A stretch of 64,000 bases of DNA from NCBI GenBank assembly GCA_965655095.1, contig OZ296659.1:63736001-63800000 (forward strand), given 5' to 3'. The notes beneath the pieces were generated by a model. The model was given only the letters and a program-made list of their open reading frames with translations. It did no database searches and had not been told where the DNA came from. How positions within the stretch are numbered: position 1 is the first letter of the stretch; each line of letters starts with the position of its first letter. Made by a program: the position numbers and the translations under genes. Positions 13,881 to 26,200 of the stretch are shown in pieces. Source of the stretch: Haplodiscus bocki (Eukaryota).

Positions 13881-14769
13881 TCACTATTAAAGGCGCCACA
13901 CTTAGTGGCGCGAAAAAATGTCGCGTGAATTCCTGTAGCAAGGACTTGCAAGCGAAAAAAAGAAAAAGAAATGAAATGATCAATTAATCAGTCTCCTAAA
14001 GAAAATGTAAAGCATTCAAGTGAGATGGAATGCAAATGCAAAAATAGAGGTCTGAGTCAGTCGTTTTAAACCGTGGAGGAGGAAGATCCCGGCAGCCAAC
14101 AGTTACGTCTCATATTCAGTACATGAACTATTGTGTTGCAAAAATGTAATTTATCCTTCTATTTATTCAGCTCGCAAAAAGTCATAAATTGTACATAAAA
14201 CTTTTCAACTTTATTCCAGTTGGGAAGGAAGTGGAAAGCATTCAAACGAATTGAACTGCAACTGCACAAGATAAAGATTGAGTCAACATAGCTCAGAAAC
14301 GGCCAGTACGATTTTTTTTGACTGGACTTATGCTCCACAGAAAAATTAGGAACTTATAAAATTGCAAAATTCAATTATCATGACTAATATAAAAGAATAA
14401 AAGTAAAAATCCACTCAATTATGCTTCGAAAATTAGCTGATACAATTCAAATCCAGTCAGTCGGCAACTCTGATGTTGTCAGCTACAAATATTGGAACCG
14501 CCATAATAGAAACAAAAAACATTCCATAAATCATCAGAATCATCAAAAACCCATACATCAATTTTATTGGGAAAATGTGAACTGAACAATGTAAAACTTT
14601 TCAGGAAATCCCTAAGAATCATTCAAAGATTAGAAGGAGTCTCCAGATAAATACTTGGATTTGGCGCGAGGGCGAATAATTTAGTAAACGTTTTTTCTAG
14701 CACCGTTCCCTTCATTTTTCTTCAGTTTCACTTTCAAAAAATGTCCTAAACAAACTTTAGCCTTTTGTC

Positions 14770-15100
14770 TGCAACTAAGTCAACATCCAGAATGGAATCA
14801 ACCGAGTTAGGTCTCCTGGAATCCTTTCAGTTGATATGCAATCAAACAATCAGGATCAGAAGGGGCCATCCAAAGAAAAGTATGTTATTTCGCCTTTAGT
14901 ATACGACTAATGTAACAAGCAGAACACAGTCAACCGAGTTAAGTTTCTTAGGCTCCATTTCGTGGATCCGCGATCAAAATATCATCATCGAGAGGGGCTA
15001 TCTACGGGGATATCACACGCAATTTAGACTTTTTGAGTTTCAAGTTTTGTCTAACCACCAGTAACAACCAAACGCGAACAATTGAGTCAAGTCCCCTCTT
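14770..15100. repeat. Diverged tandem repeat, ~132-148 bp unit, 2-3 copies
   Basis: tcaaccgagtta at 14798 and 14930, each followed by atcaaa..at..aggggc.atc. A weaker third anchor lies near 15078. Confidence 0.55.
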
Positions 15101-15259
15101 TTGTCACTTTTTCACGAACCCAGACTGATGTCCACCAGAATTTGTGCAAGAGAAAATTTATGGTCGAGCAGAAAAACTACTGCAACTCGTGAGGTGAAAA
15201 GGGACTTATCAGTAGACCCAATAATTTGAAGTTTCATTGGCCTAGAATTTTTGTTGGAA

Positions 15260-15940
15260 CACCAGCGGTATTTCACGTCTGGATTTACAAAAAAAACTAA
15301 GAATTGACCTGAGAGATGAATTCACTCTGTACTAGCGAACGACACAACTAACGGATACCGTCGGTGGAGTTGAAGGATCAGCGTTATGATGTACAAGGGA
15401 AGCTCGTGTTGTTCTGGCTTACGGTAGAAAATAAAAAAGTTCTAAGTAAAATTTCAGGCGAAATCTGTGATGAAAAATTTGGGGAATCGAGAATGAAATG
15501 CCACCAAGACCATTTTCGAGCTGAATTTGATACAGAAAAATTGTGAGGACTAAAGAGTTGGTCTTAGAATGTTTTGGTCGAAGAGGGAATTGGATATTGG
15601 CCTTGAAGAACTTCGTCCAAAAAAAGGAAAGAGAGAAGTGGGAGTTGGACTTAGAAGAATTTTGCCCAAGAGGAAAACAACTAGGAGAGCAAGTCAGAAG
15701 AGGAGTTCTGTCCGTTCACGGGGAAGGCGAATTATGATCGTGCTGGTTGCGCAGATCAACTCAAAAATTACAACATGCTGACATATCATGCAATCAATAG
15801 GAAACAGCGCGTTCCAAGCATGTTAGCATCACGAGCAAATGGGGAAATGGTACGTTGCAATGGGAGTATAAAAATGTAATTCCAGCTTTCAGCGAGCTTT
15901 AGCTAAGCATGTCCATACCGTGGTCCGATAGAAAAGTAAT
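15260..15940. repeat. Interspersed repeat (possible solo LTR), related to 6330-6950
   Basis: Same match as above, in the same orientation. Boundaries are approximate. Confidence 0.5.
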
Positions 15941-16494
15941 ACCTTGTAGTCCTAGTTAGAATTTTTGCAAACCGTATTTGAGCAATCCCAACTTTCCAGG
16001 ATTTCGTCAGCTTTTTCTACTTATCTTCTTTCATATCATCAACTTCAAAAACGTTAGTTCTAATTAGTTACATATTGCAATTAACGTTTACCGTTAGGTG
16101 TAACGCTTAGCATTAACGTTTAGCATTGTGCTGGATTCATGTACTTGAAACCGTAGAGTAAATAGCGAAGACTGACATCCGCTCCAAGTTGGGAAAGCGA
16201 AAGAACAGAAATAAAGAAAAATTGTGTTGCACTCTAATCGCTTAGCCTCAGTCGTCCCGTCACGACAGTAGTTCGGGAAGTGCGAAGGGAAACGGTAAAA
16301 TCTAAAGGCATTAAGACAAGTTTAATGCCTAAACATGTTGTTTTCACGCAACGAAAGCAACCACGCGGCAATTCTTACAAAAGGTCAGCCTATTTCTCAA
16401 AAATGGCGCCTTCCCTCCTCTCACCAGTGATTTTGACCCCCACCCCGATCGTTTTTTTAAATTATTTCCAACAACTTGGTGTTATACATTTGCA

Positions 16495-16500
16495 TTTATT
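16495..16500 (-). promoter_or_regulatory. Candidate polyadenylation signal for GSS
   Basis: AATAAA on the minus strand about 420 nt downstream of the GSS stop. This hexamer is common by chance in AT-rich DNA. Confidence 0.25.
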
Positions 16501-16923
16501 TGTAGTTTGGCTTGCATGAGAGTCCAAAATAGCTCCCACCAGAAATCAGATACGAGTGATTTGAATGCCGTAGAAAAACGTTTGCAATTAGCACTTATGC
16601 TTATTGTGCTTACGGATAGCCGCTTATACCTTCAGCCAGCACCACTTATAAAAACCATAGATTCAACGGATTCCAACTTTGGCACAAGTAAACTCGAAAA
16701 ATTTTTAGATGGCCCTTCTTCTAAATGCCACCTTATTACAACACCATCACCCCTCTACGTCACAAAATTCAGCAAATTTCAGTCGGCCCTTTTTAAAGTA
16801 TAACTCTGACTGTTGGTACAAGCCGCCGCAGATATTCGCAGATTTGCAAATTTTGAAACCAATTGAACTCCCATTTAACAACCCTGAATGAAATCAGATG
16901 AGATGCGATTAGAAGGGGGGCTG

Positions 16924-17298
16924 TCATACTAAATGAGGGCTATCCAGACATGCATTTCCAGCTACCACGCCTCCGTCTAGTTTGGATTGATGTTTTGATC
17001 TAAGCAGATGGCCAGCTTCCTCATTCATAATGATCTCTCCATCCGAGTCTGATAGAACAAGGCCATACACGCCCAGCTCAACGACCACATTGCTGACGGC
17101 AACATTTGTATCAGTAGTTTTGTAATTGCAGCAGCTGATCAAATTCTCTGTACTTGTACTGTACACTCTCTCCATCAGCACATAAGCTTGTCTCTCTTCA
17201 GTATCCCGAAGTTGTTCTAGTTTCTTCACCATTTCTGCTTCAAAGTAGTTGTGTCCGCCACCCTCTAACTGTGGCTTGAGAACATACCTTGCAGGGTT
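16924..17298 (-). CDS. GSS: GSS coding exon 5 (terminal, ATP-grasp G-loop and A-loop)
   Basis: Acceptor TTTCAG ends at 17299. Encodes NPARYVLKPQLEGGGHNYF...YVLMERV...ELGVYG...GHLLRSK...DGGVVAGNACLDSPHLV and the TGA stop. Confidence 0.93.
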   Translation of the reverse strand, partial: NPARYVLKPQLEGGGHNYFEAEMVKKLEQLRDTEERQAYVLMERVYSTSTENLISCCNYKTTDTNVAVSNVVVELGVYGLVLSDSDGEIIMNEEAGHLLRSKHQSKLDGGVVAGNACLDSPHLV

Positions 17299-20200
17299 CT
17301 GAAAACATCAAATACCAGTACGAGATGACCCAAACAAACCATAAATGTCATATCTGCAGCGCTCTCAAAAAACGTTACGAAACAAAAGTATTTTCAATAG
17401 GGTCCAAATTTCATGCGCAAAGTCTAGGAAATATTTTGAATTGGCGCTTTTTATTTGAAAACTGGACCATTACCATATCCCAACTTTTGGGTATATTCGA
17501 CTATTTCTGGAGACTTCAAAAAATATAGGAAACCAATCGGTTGTTTTTATCCAGCTATGGATCTCTCAACTTTCAGCTGCATTAGTATTTTGAGAAACAA
17601 ACGCCTGAGTGGTGACCGGAGTAAAACTTCCAACTTTGAAAGCACGATTACTTCGCTACATATTCGAGCTCAGATCAGTATCAGGTAAAGTATAGCATAA
17701 TACATTGATGCGAAGCTGTGCTTCGCAACACTTGAGCCAACGGAATACTACTGAGCAAAACGAACAAGTATGATTAATGAAGGGGCCACGGTATTGGAAA
17801 ACTACGGACTAATCAATTAAGCAGAATAGAAACTGAGTTAATTCTTGAACAAATTTATTATAAACCTAAAAACAAGTGTAACAAGTACAACAGCTGAAGC
17901 AGTTAATTCGCTACATTAAATTTAAAAAGCGTGCAGGCTGGAAAAAGGGCTACGTGATTAAATTTTTGCAACAGAGCGAGAGCGCACGCACAACATCTAG
18001 GCAACATTAGAATCTTGGCACAAATGGGAGTTGTAAACGGATCGGGAAAAAGAAGCCTGTCATATAACACTTGCTTGCACAAGTGTAATAAATACCGAGG
18101 CGAAGCCGAATCTTCGTAAAACACGCCGATCAGAAAAAACGACATGAGATCAAGAACTTTTAATCTTGCGTAAAACAAAGTATTAAATTATTCAGATCAG
18201 TTGCCCAGTTTTCTCCGCTATGCCGACAATTCCTTATTCTATCGGGAGTGGTCTCTTATTGAACTTCATTTCTGAATGGCCACTGCCTTTGTGATTGGCT
18301 ACAGTGTCCAGTCTAGCACAAGCAATAAGGTTGGTGGCTAGTACGATTACTAAAACTATCAGAAAAAAAATAGTTTTTGGGAATAAAAACTTCCAACACT
18401 GTCCCCTAAAACTCTGCTCGCAGGTAGAAAATTCTACAAATTACAACCTTTTATCCCAAAAAATGCTTCAAAACGTTCCCCCGGACATAAAAAATTGCTA
18501 ATCGAAAGTTTCTGCATTCCTTTCATGGGTTTTCCCCCATGAAAATCGAACAATGTCTTCGAAGTCAAAGTTTTCTCAAAATGTAAATCTTGATTGCACC
18601 AACAATTTCACATTAAGAAGTGCCAGGAGTGAAATACTTGGACACTTTTCTAAAATATGAAATCCTGTTAGTTTTCAGAAAAACGGACATACACATATGT
18701 GAACATATTACATACCGGAATGAATTACTAATACGTTTTACTAATGGAATCAACTTTACAAATGTCGTATTTTAACTATAAATGAAGATTAATTCCTAAA
18801 GAATTTTGATGAAAGAATCTTAGCCTTGCAATTTTTTATAATATAATTTTGATGAAAGAATCTTAGCCTTGCAATTTTTTATAATATAATTTTGATGAAA
18901 GAATCTTAGCCTTGCAATTTTTTATAATATAATTTTGATGAAAGAATCTTAGCCTTGCAATTTTTTATAATATACACATGAAACGCCACTACATCTAAAC
19001 ACCACTGTTTTTAACGCTGTTCCGGTGAAACCACTGTGTATAAAAGATGGTTAAAGACTCAATTGGAAGCATTGGGAGGTAGGTATATTGGAAAATCCAA
19101 AACTTCAGAAACATTTTGATATCGGAAAAACCAGTCAAATTGCTTTTAGGTGTTTTATGTATTCGAATCGTATTCATCTCATCTTGGTAAACAAGGATGT
19201 CAACACCTGCTTGAGCAGGCCCAAAACAACCGATTGCAAGCTGTCTAAGGTATCAGAGATGATTCATCGGTTATTTTTGTCATTCCCAAGGAAATTCAAC
19301 AAGTGCAGATCTTACCAGGATTTTGTTGTTAAAAGGTCTGGCTCGACACCCCGGTGTCCATCAACCTCCAATTAGCTTCTTTTGCGAACAACATGTTTGA
19401 AGCTTCGTTAGGAGCAGGTGGCGTACCACTAATTTTAACAACAAGTTTGCAAAAAGAAAATGTCCGAAAAGAGGTTTCTTTTTCAAGTGAGTTTCAGATT
19501 TACTGCCTTCACAACCGTACATGATCTCATCTCGGTACCTGCCATACCCACAAACTTGATTTGTCAATCATGTTTTTTTCCACCCTAATGTTCAAGAAAT
19601 GCGCATACTTTAAAAGACGAAAACAACCTCTACTTGCCAAATGTCCCGGGAAAAATTCGTTTCTGACAATATTAGAACGGTAGGCTTCGTGATGGCGTCC
19701 CAAAACTGCTAGTTCTGACCGAGAAAAAAATTTCGCTAACCGTATTGAACAGGAACTGGAATTTCATTAGGGCAGTTGCAATAAACTAATTTGATCATGG
19801 CATCAATTTGTAAATTAAGAAGAGTACGCATCAAAAAGTCGTCCTGATAGGACTCATTAAACGTGAAAATAAAATTTATTTTTTTTTGATATCTTTCAGA
19901 TTTCAAGGAAAGTTGACCGTAAAAGTTATGTGGTATCTCCAGCGCATTATAACGCTTTTGTTTGTAGAAAATCGGGCTTTCTTTAGAAATTTGAAAAGTA
20001 ATGCTAAGATGCGAAGACAATTTTTGACGCGTATTATATAATCTTGATTGCTTGTGCTTGCATCGAGCTTTTAAAGCACTGTAGTCGAGCGAACAAGCGG
20101 GTGACTCCGTGCAATGTCGAGATGCCCAAAAAAACAGTGCTTCGGTAAATTTAAAACACGTGCTGCTGCAAGGTCATGAAAATAGACTCAGAAGTTCCCG

Positions 20201-23200
20201 CTTCAGATGCAGACAGTGACAAAAATGGCAGGTACATTGAACTTAAAATTTGCTTTTAGTAGATGATATGTTTCTTTCATTTATTTGACCAAAATAAATA
20301 CTGAGTGCCATTCCGACGGTAATCTGTTGAAGTTCGAAATATTTTGATATTATGCTCTTTATCAACAATCATGCCCAGGGATGGATAACTTGCTGAGCAC
20401 AGCCTACCTTACCATATACATTTTCACTCTGCTATTGTGACCGTATGCAGCAAGTTTGGAAAAGAACTTTTCCAAGGATTTTTCTCTTCTGTAAGCAGAG
20501 CGGTAGCATTTATTTTTTTTAAAAAAATGACGCTTTGAATAGCTTTCGACACTTGGAAAAGCAAAATTTAATTTGTGAAAAAAATGTTCTTGTTCCACTT
20601 GCTCTGACTGAAATTGGATAAAAGAAATCAATTTATTAATTTTTCTACTGAATTTGCACACCAGTTGAGCAATTCTTGGTATTTGCCATAGACGGCTTAT
20701 CACAGGCCATCTGAAAAACGACATGAACTGTATACGTCACCGTATATGACAGGCCGCTTTTATCCCTATTGATCTCTGATTTACCAAGACGGATACTGTC
20801 AAATATTTGATACATCTTGAGATTATTGCACTAATGGCCAGATTACTTCACTAGTAGTCCTTGCATAACAGTTTTAAGCAAAAGCAACAATTTATCCTTT
20901 CGCGGGTAATTTAAATAATTCATATGAGTGGAAAAACGGCTGTTACAGAACATCATGACAGAAAATCAAGGTTTACTCTACCTAAAATATGGACGAGCCC
21001 TTCCGTTCGGAGATGTTAAAACTAATTAAGTTAAGAAGTGAACATTTGAAAGAGAACCTGTAAAGCCGCATTTATTGCTTCATCTCCTTCTTGGCCAAAA
21101 TCTAGATTTTTGAAGCTGCAGAAGGTTGCCCGCATTCGTTTACATAAATCAGGGTCGTCTTCGAATGTTTCCAACATCCCGTCTTGAGCTAGAATTTGCT
21201 GGAACTTCTTCATTCCAGCCAGCTGATGACTCACCGAAGGACAACTCAGGGCTAAGCAACAGTCAATGTCTTCCCGCAGCTTCCAATCCTGACATGCAAA
21301 TCATTTGTACAATTAACGTTACAAGCTTACACGAGCAATATTTTAAACGTAACAAATCAAATATCATATGACAGGTAGTCAGTCTAACATTAGTATTTAG
21401 CAACTTCTCAAACCAATTGAAAGCTATTGGTTAAACTATTTTGACAATTCAGCGGTTGTTTCAAGTCGGTGCTTTCTACAAAAGCAAGTTGAAAACAGCT
21501 GAAAGTCGGCGCTGCCCGTCCGTCGGGAACGAAAATTTTGGTAAACTAGAGAGGGGTATCACAAAATAAATGTATCGAAAACTTTGTCTCACAGTACCAA
21601 AAAAATTCGTTTAGGGGGCCTTCTGGTGTTTCTGAAAGTTTCTGGCTTAACAACTGAATCTTGTCGGTTAACCTGACTTAAGAATTCAGCCATTATTTTT
21701 GGTTGGCGCTTTTTCCAAAAACAAAAGCTCAGATCAGCTGAAAGTCAGTGCAGCCCATCTGTAGGACTAAAAAAACTTGGTGAATCATTGAGGGAGGGGG
21801 CATAAAAAAATGTCCGAAACTTTTTAGCCATAAGACCGAAAAATTTCGTAGAAGGACAAGGAACCTTTTGGTGTTTTTGAGTACTCGTCCATGCGTGCGC
21901 CAGTGAGAAGGCAAACAATTCGTTGTAATCTCAAAAAAAAACAAAGTGACTACAAGCTTAAATAAAAAAGTAAAAGGGCCGACTGAAAAGAAGAGCCCGA
22001 CTATTATAGTGGCTTTCCTTTTGGGGCTTCGAGTGGAACGAGAATGCTCGCATGTGACGTTTTGCGTTTACGGGTTCATCTCAATCGAGAATTGTTTTTA
22101 GGCGAGCGGAGCGAACCCTTCTCACACAAGGACACCTCAAAGTGATTTCGCTTTTTACTCTCCGTGACATCCCTCGTTTTATCTCTTTAAATCTAATTTT
22201 TTCGGCACCAATTGGTCGGGTTCATCCGATTTTTGTATAAACACTACGGGTTCACGATCCATCACATTCCAAATTTTCGGCCGCCAAAATTTTTTTCGGC
22301 TAGTTATTAGCGAAATGTAAATTTTCAGATTTTTAGACGGCAAAGGCTATATTTTTGAGACCTGTCTCAACAGTAAGCTTGGAAATGCTAATCTTTTTGC
22401 ATTATTCGATAGAACACCATTCAATTGAGCGGCGTGCTGTGATGTATTTTGTGCGAGTATTCGTCAAAAAAAGAGCGAACTCATTGAAATTTTCTCAACA
22501 ATTTGACATCCCTATTGCGCACTGTGTTTCTTAACTTTGAATCTCATTTTCTACGAAAGCAATTGTAGGATCCGTTTGCTTACTGATTAGCTGCAAGGGC
22601 AAGGTAGTAATTGACAGGGGCCGAAATTTTCGGTGGCCCAAAATTTTTCGCCGGCGAGTTTTTTGGCAAAAACAATTGAAAACCCAAGTTTTTTCAGAGG
22701 GCAAGTGTTACTTTGTCGGAATTCTCTGGCTTTACATTCCATGTATGTCGTTAGTAGCATTCAGTTTTTAGCGGAAAATTTTTCACAATAGTTTGACCGA
22801 AAAATCTCAAAAAAGGGTTTTCAAATAAATTCCTGCGTTATCTAACGTTTAGCGCATTTAGCGTACCTCAAATTGATGCATGTCACTTGAATTGAGGAAC
22901 AAACTATGCAAAATGTACAGCGGTGGGTTTTGATTCAACTTTCGATTCCGAGCGAACTTTTCTCATGGATCTATTGCCGAAAATTGTCAAAAAATAGGTT
23001 CCCTCAAGACTTGTCCACTCTTCCAAAGACTTTTTATCCGGTTGTACAAACAATAAATTAAAAATGGCTTCGTGACGCCCACTGGATTGCCTGTAGAAGC
23101 AGTTCAGAGCTTTACAGGGTACGCTTTGTCGTAGTTAGGTGGTCTGGCCAAGGTACTCTTTAGATGTAGAGCAATTCTTTCCAACTGCTTTTTCCCGTTG

Positions 23201-26200
23201 CGCAATTTTATTGCAACTCTCATGACCTGGAAAACTGCCTCGACTGTCTGTCTCCGAATAAACCTCAGCATCTCCTCATTGTTTATAGGAACTTCGGGTT
23301 GCACAAAAAACTTTTGATCGATTTTTGAAAGAAAAATTGTCCAGAAAACACGGCTTTTTGGGAAGAAATTTTGTGTCCAAATTCGTATTGCTTTACTTAA
23401 TGCCCTAGTTTTCTACTTTTGGAGCCATTCCGCTTTCAGACAGCATTTTCTAAACAGCGGCTGGCTTTCGGTGACTTTTGCCATGGCAAAAATTTCATTT
23501 CAGCTAATTTTTTTTTAAGTTAGGACAGTTACCTTGAACTTCCGCTGTTATATCCATCGCTTGTTCTCAGCCTAATCTTTCCAGCTTTTACTACATGCTC
23601 TCTGGCATTGCATAAGCATGCGGTCAGCGATGTAATCAGGAGGTTGAGTACCTTCGCGAGCCTTGCCCTAAGCACCTTAGCGCCTATGTTCTTCTGTTTT
23701 TATTCATCGCAAGATTTCGCGACATCGGTTTTTCCACAGCTCATTTCTACTGACCTATTGGCGCTGCCATCATAACTTTTCACTTAAGCTTCGGAAAGGG
23801 AGCCTGCTTTCATTCCGTTCGAAAAAAAAATTCCGAATTTTTTTCGTCGTCATGGATTTTTTTGCCAAGTTTTGAAAACCAAAAAATTTGGTTACTTCTA
23901 TAATACTTTCGGTAAAAAAACTACCGATTGGTCCTCCACATTTTACCAGTAGTTGTCACGAAAGCACAGCTCGGAAGAGCAATAGGTTTTGGCCTTTCGG
24001 TATTATCTCAAAGAAAACGGTCCTTCATGTGTTATCTCTTGAAAATAATAGACAGTCAGTGCCGATGTTTTTCAGAAACAATCCCAAAATTGTTGCTCTT
24101 AGTTTTTAATACGCAAACAAGTGGAGCGCTGAAAGCGGTGAGAAAGGTGTTATGGTTTTGTCGCTTTGACGGGATCCAATTTTTGTAAAATTATGTTAGT
24201 TTTAAAAAAATTGCGCTGATTCGTAATTTTTCGGTCCTTTTACGTTTTCGCCGAAAAATTCACCTCCAGCTGCCTATAAGTCGTGTTACACCTGCACAAG
24301 ACTTTCGATTGTGACAGCCTTGATGCCGAAATCTATCATTAAAGATGCGTTCTTCGTTGAAAGCAGTATCAAATCTTCCAATTTTCAAGATCATCTCTAC
24401 TTTGATTTTCTGGAATTTAGATGCCTCAATGATATGTGAAACGTGGTTTCCACTTGCAGAGTGCTCCTGGTCCACATATTGCTCGAAACCCATGGGAAAC
24501 TTTGGCTGCGTCTATATTTACGGCCTCGAGTGTAATTAGAAGGCACTAATGTCGACGTTTTCTTTTTGTTTTCATGCAAGTTTTTCGCAGATTTCGTGGT
24601 ACTTACCAGAAAAATATTTCAAAAGCACCTTCATTTCCAAACCTATGGCATCTACTGGGACAATTTCTCCTGATTAAACTCCGGAAGATCTGGGCTAATT
24701 TTTCCTTTTTGCGTTCAAGATTTTTTTCGCCGAAACTCTTCCGAAAGTCGATTTTTAACCTAGTTTGTTAGTACTTTTAACCTAGGAACTATATTTAATT
24801 TCCCCTCAGACCCCACTTCTTACTGTAGTGCAAATTATTCAACTTCTGCATCAATCAGTGCAGTGGGTTTTTTTCAGTGTTCGAACTTTTTAGCGATATT
24901 TATACCTGTTTGAGACAAGATTTTCTTTTTGTTTTTTTTTCGATATTTTTTGGCAAACAGTACTGTATAAATGCTTCCCAGGTAAGACTAGGGGTAGATC
25001 AGAAGATAATTGTCCGCGCGTCAGAAGATTTTTTCGACAGCCGAAAAATGCCTAGGCGATGAAACCTAAGTATCCTTCATTTCTAAGGTCATTCAACCTC
25101 ACACATACCTGCAGTTAGTCTCTGTAGTCCCCAGAGAGGTTTATTTCGAAAAACTCTGAAGTGTTTTCCAGCCTGGAGCAGCACCGCTTTTCACCGCTGC
25201 GAAAAACTTGTGGAAAGTTAACTGTTTTGTTCCCTGGAATCTTCTGACATTTCAATTTTTTGACGCAATCCTTTCTCCAAATTGGTGTTTATATCGACTA
25301 CTCAATGGATGTAACTTGAACCTCTAATGAACGCGGTTGGAAAGATCACTCTCGAATTATGTCTTCTCGAAAGAAGTTACATCTTTCGATTGGAAGGATC
25401 ATTCTCGAAAGAAATTTTTCATCGAGGTTTCCTGCCGAAGAGAATTGAAGAGAATTAAAGAATTTGGAAGCTTCTCAATTTTCGCAAACTCTTCGGCTGA
25501 ACTCGGCTGCCATTCAGTATTTGCAAGCGGTAGTTGGCCGCAAACAAAGCTCCGTTTTCCACCCCATCTACTCGAATCCCTCGTCCGCCGCGCTTATATT
25601 TTTTAACATATCGAAACCGACGGAATTCTACAATCTACCATTGGAGTTCTAGGCCTATGGCAGGTTCTAGTCCTTCCGTACAAAAATAAAAGCGAATAGT
25701 TCACACCGGGGTCCGAATCTGCGATATGTGGATTCGGATCACTTTTGCCCTACCCACTAGGCCATGAAGAAACCATGAGCAAGAGAATATTTTACTGGCT
25801 CGGTTCAAAAATCGAAATTTTCAGGGCGAACCTGTGATCTGGAGAAGGTCGCTGTATGAATCAGGCATTTTTTTGTTGAAAACACCGATTAGAAATTCAG
25901 AATAGTGAAAGAAAAATGGATAAGAGCAAATCTAGCCAAACTGACTGATAATTTGAAAAAGCAGAAAATCCGAATTAAAATGACAAATTCAAAGGTATTT
26001 GTATCAACCAATTAATGTACTTGAAATCGAAGAGTAAATAGTGATGTCCACTCTAGCCTGAAAAGCGAATAAACTAAAATAATTAAGTACAGAAATCAAC
26101 CACCTTCACTTGATCGTTCAACCGGCAAGTGAAATCGATTTCCGAAATGTGAGCAGAAAAAATATGTAAACTCGGTACTTATTGAGCAAACATGAATTGG

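Noticed and set aside
6330-15940. Paired LTRs of a single full-length element
   Set aside because: The two copies are very diverged, no gag/pol remnant lies between them, and TG..CA ends and target duplication were not found.
18802-18973. CRISPR array
   Set aside because: Units are head-to-tail and identical with no unique spacers, there are no cas genes, and the site is in a eukaryotic intron.
19000-20720. Penelope-like element or transposase remnant in GSS intron 4
   Set aside because: The texture looks coding, but no diagnostic motif could be recovered.
23104-25600. Additional GSS exons or a nested gene in intron 3
   Set aside because: Exons 3 and 4 join without a gap in the GSS alignment, and the ORFs here have no recognisable domain.
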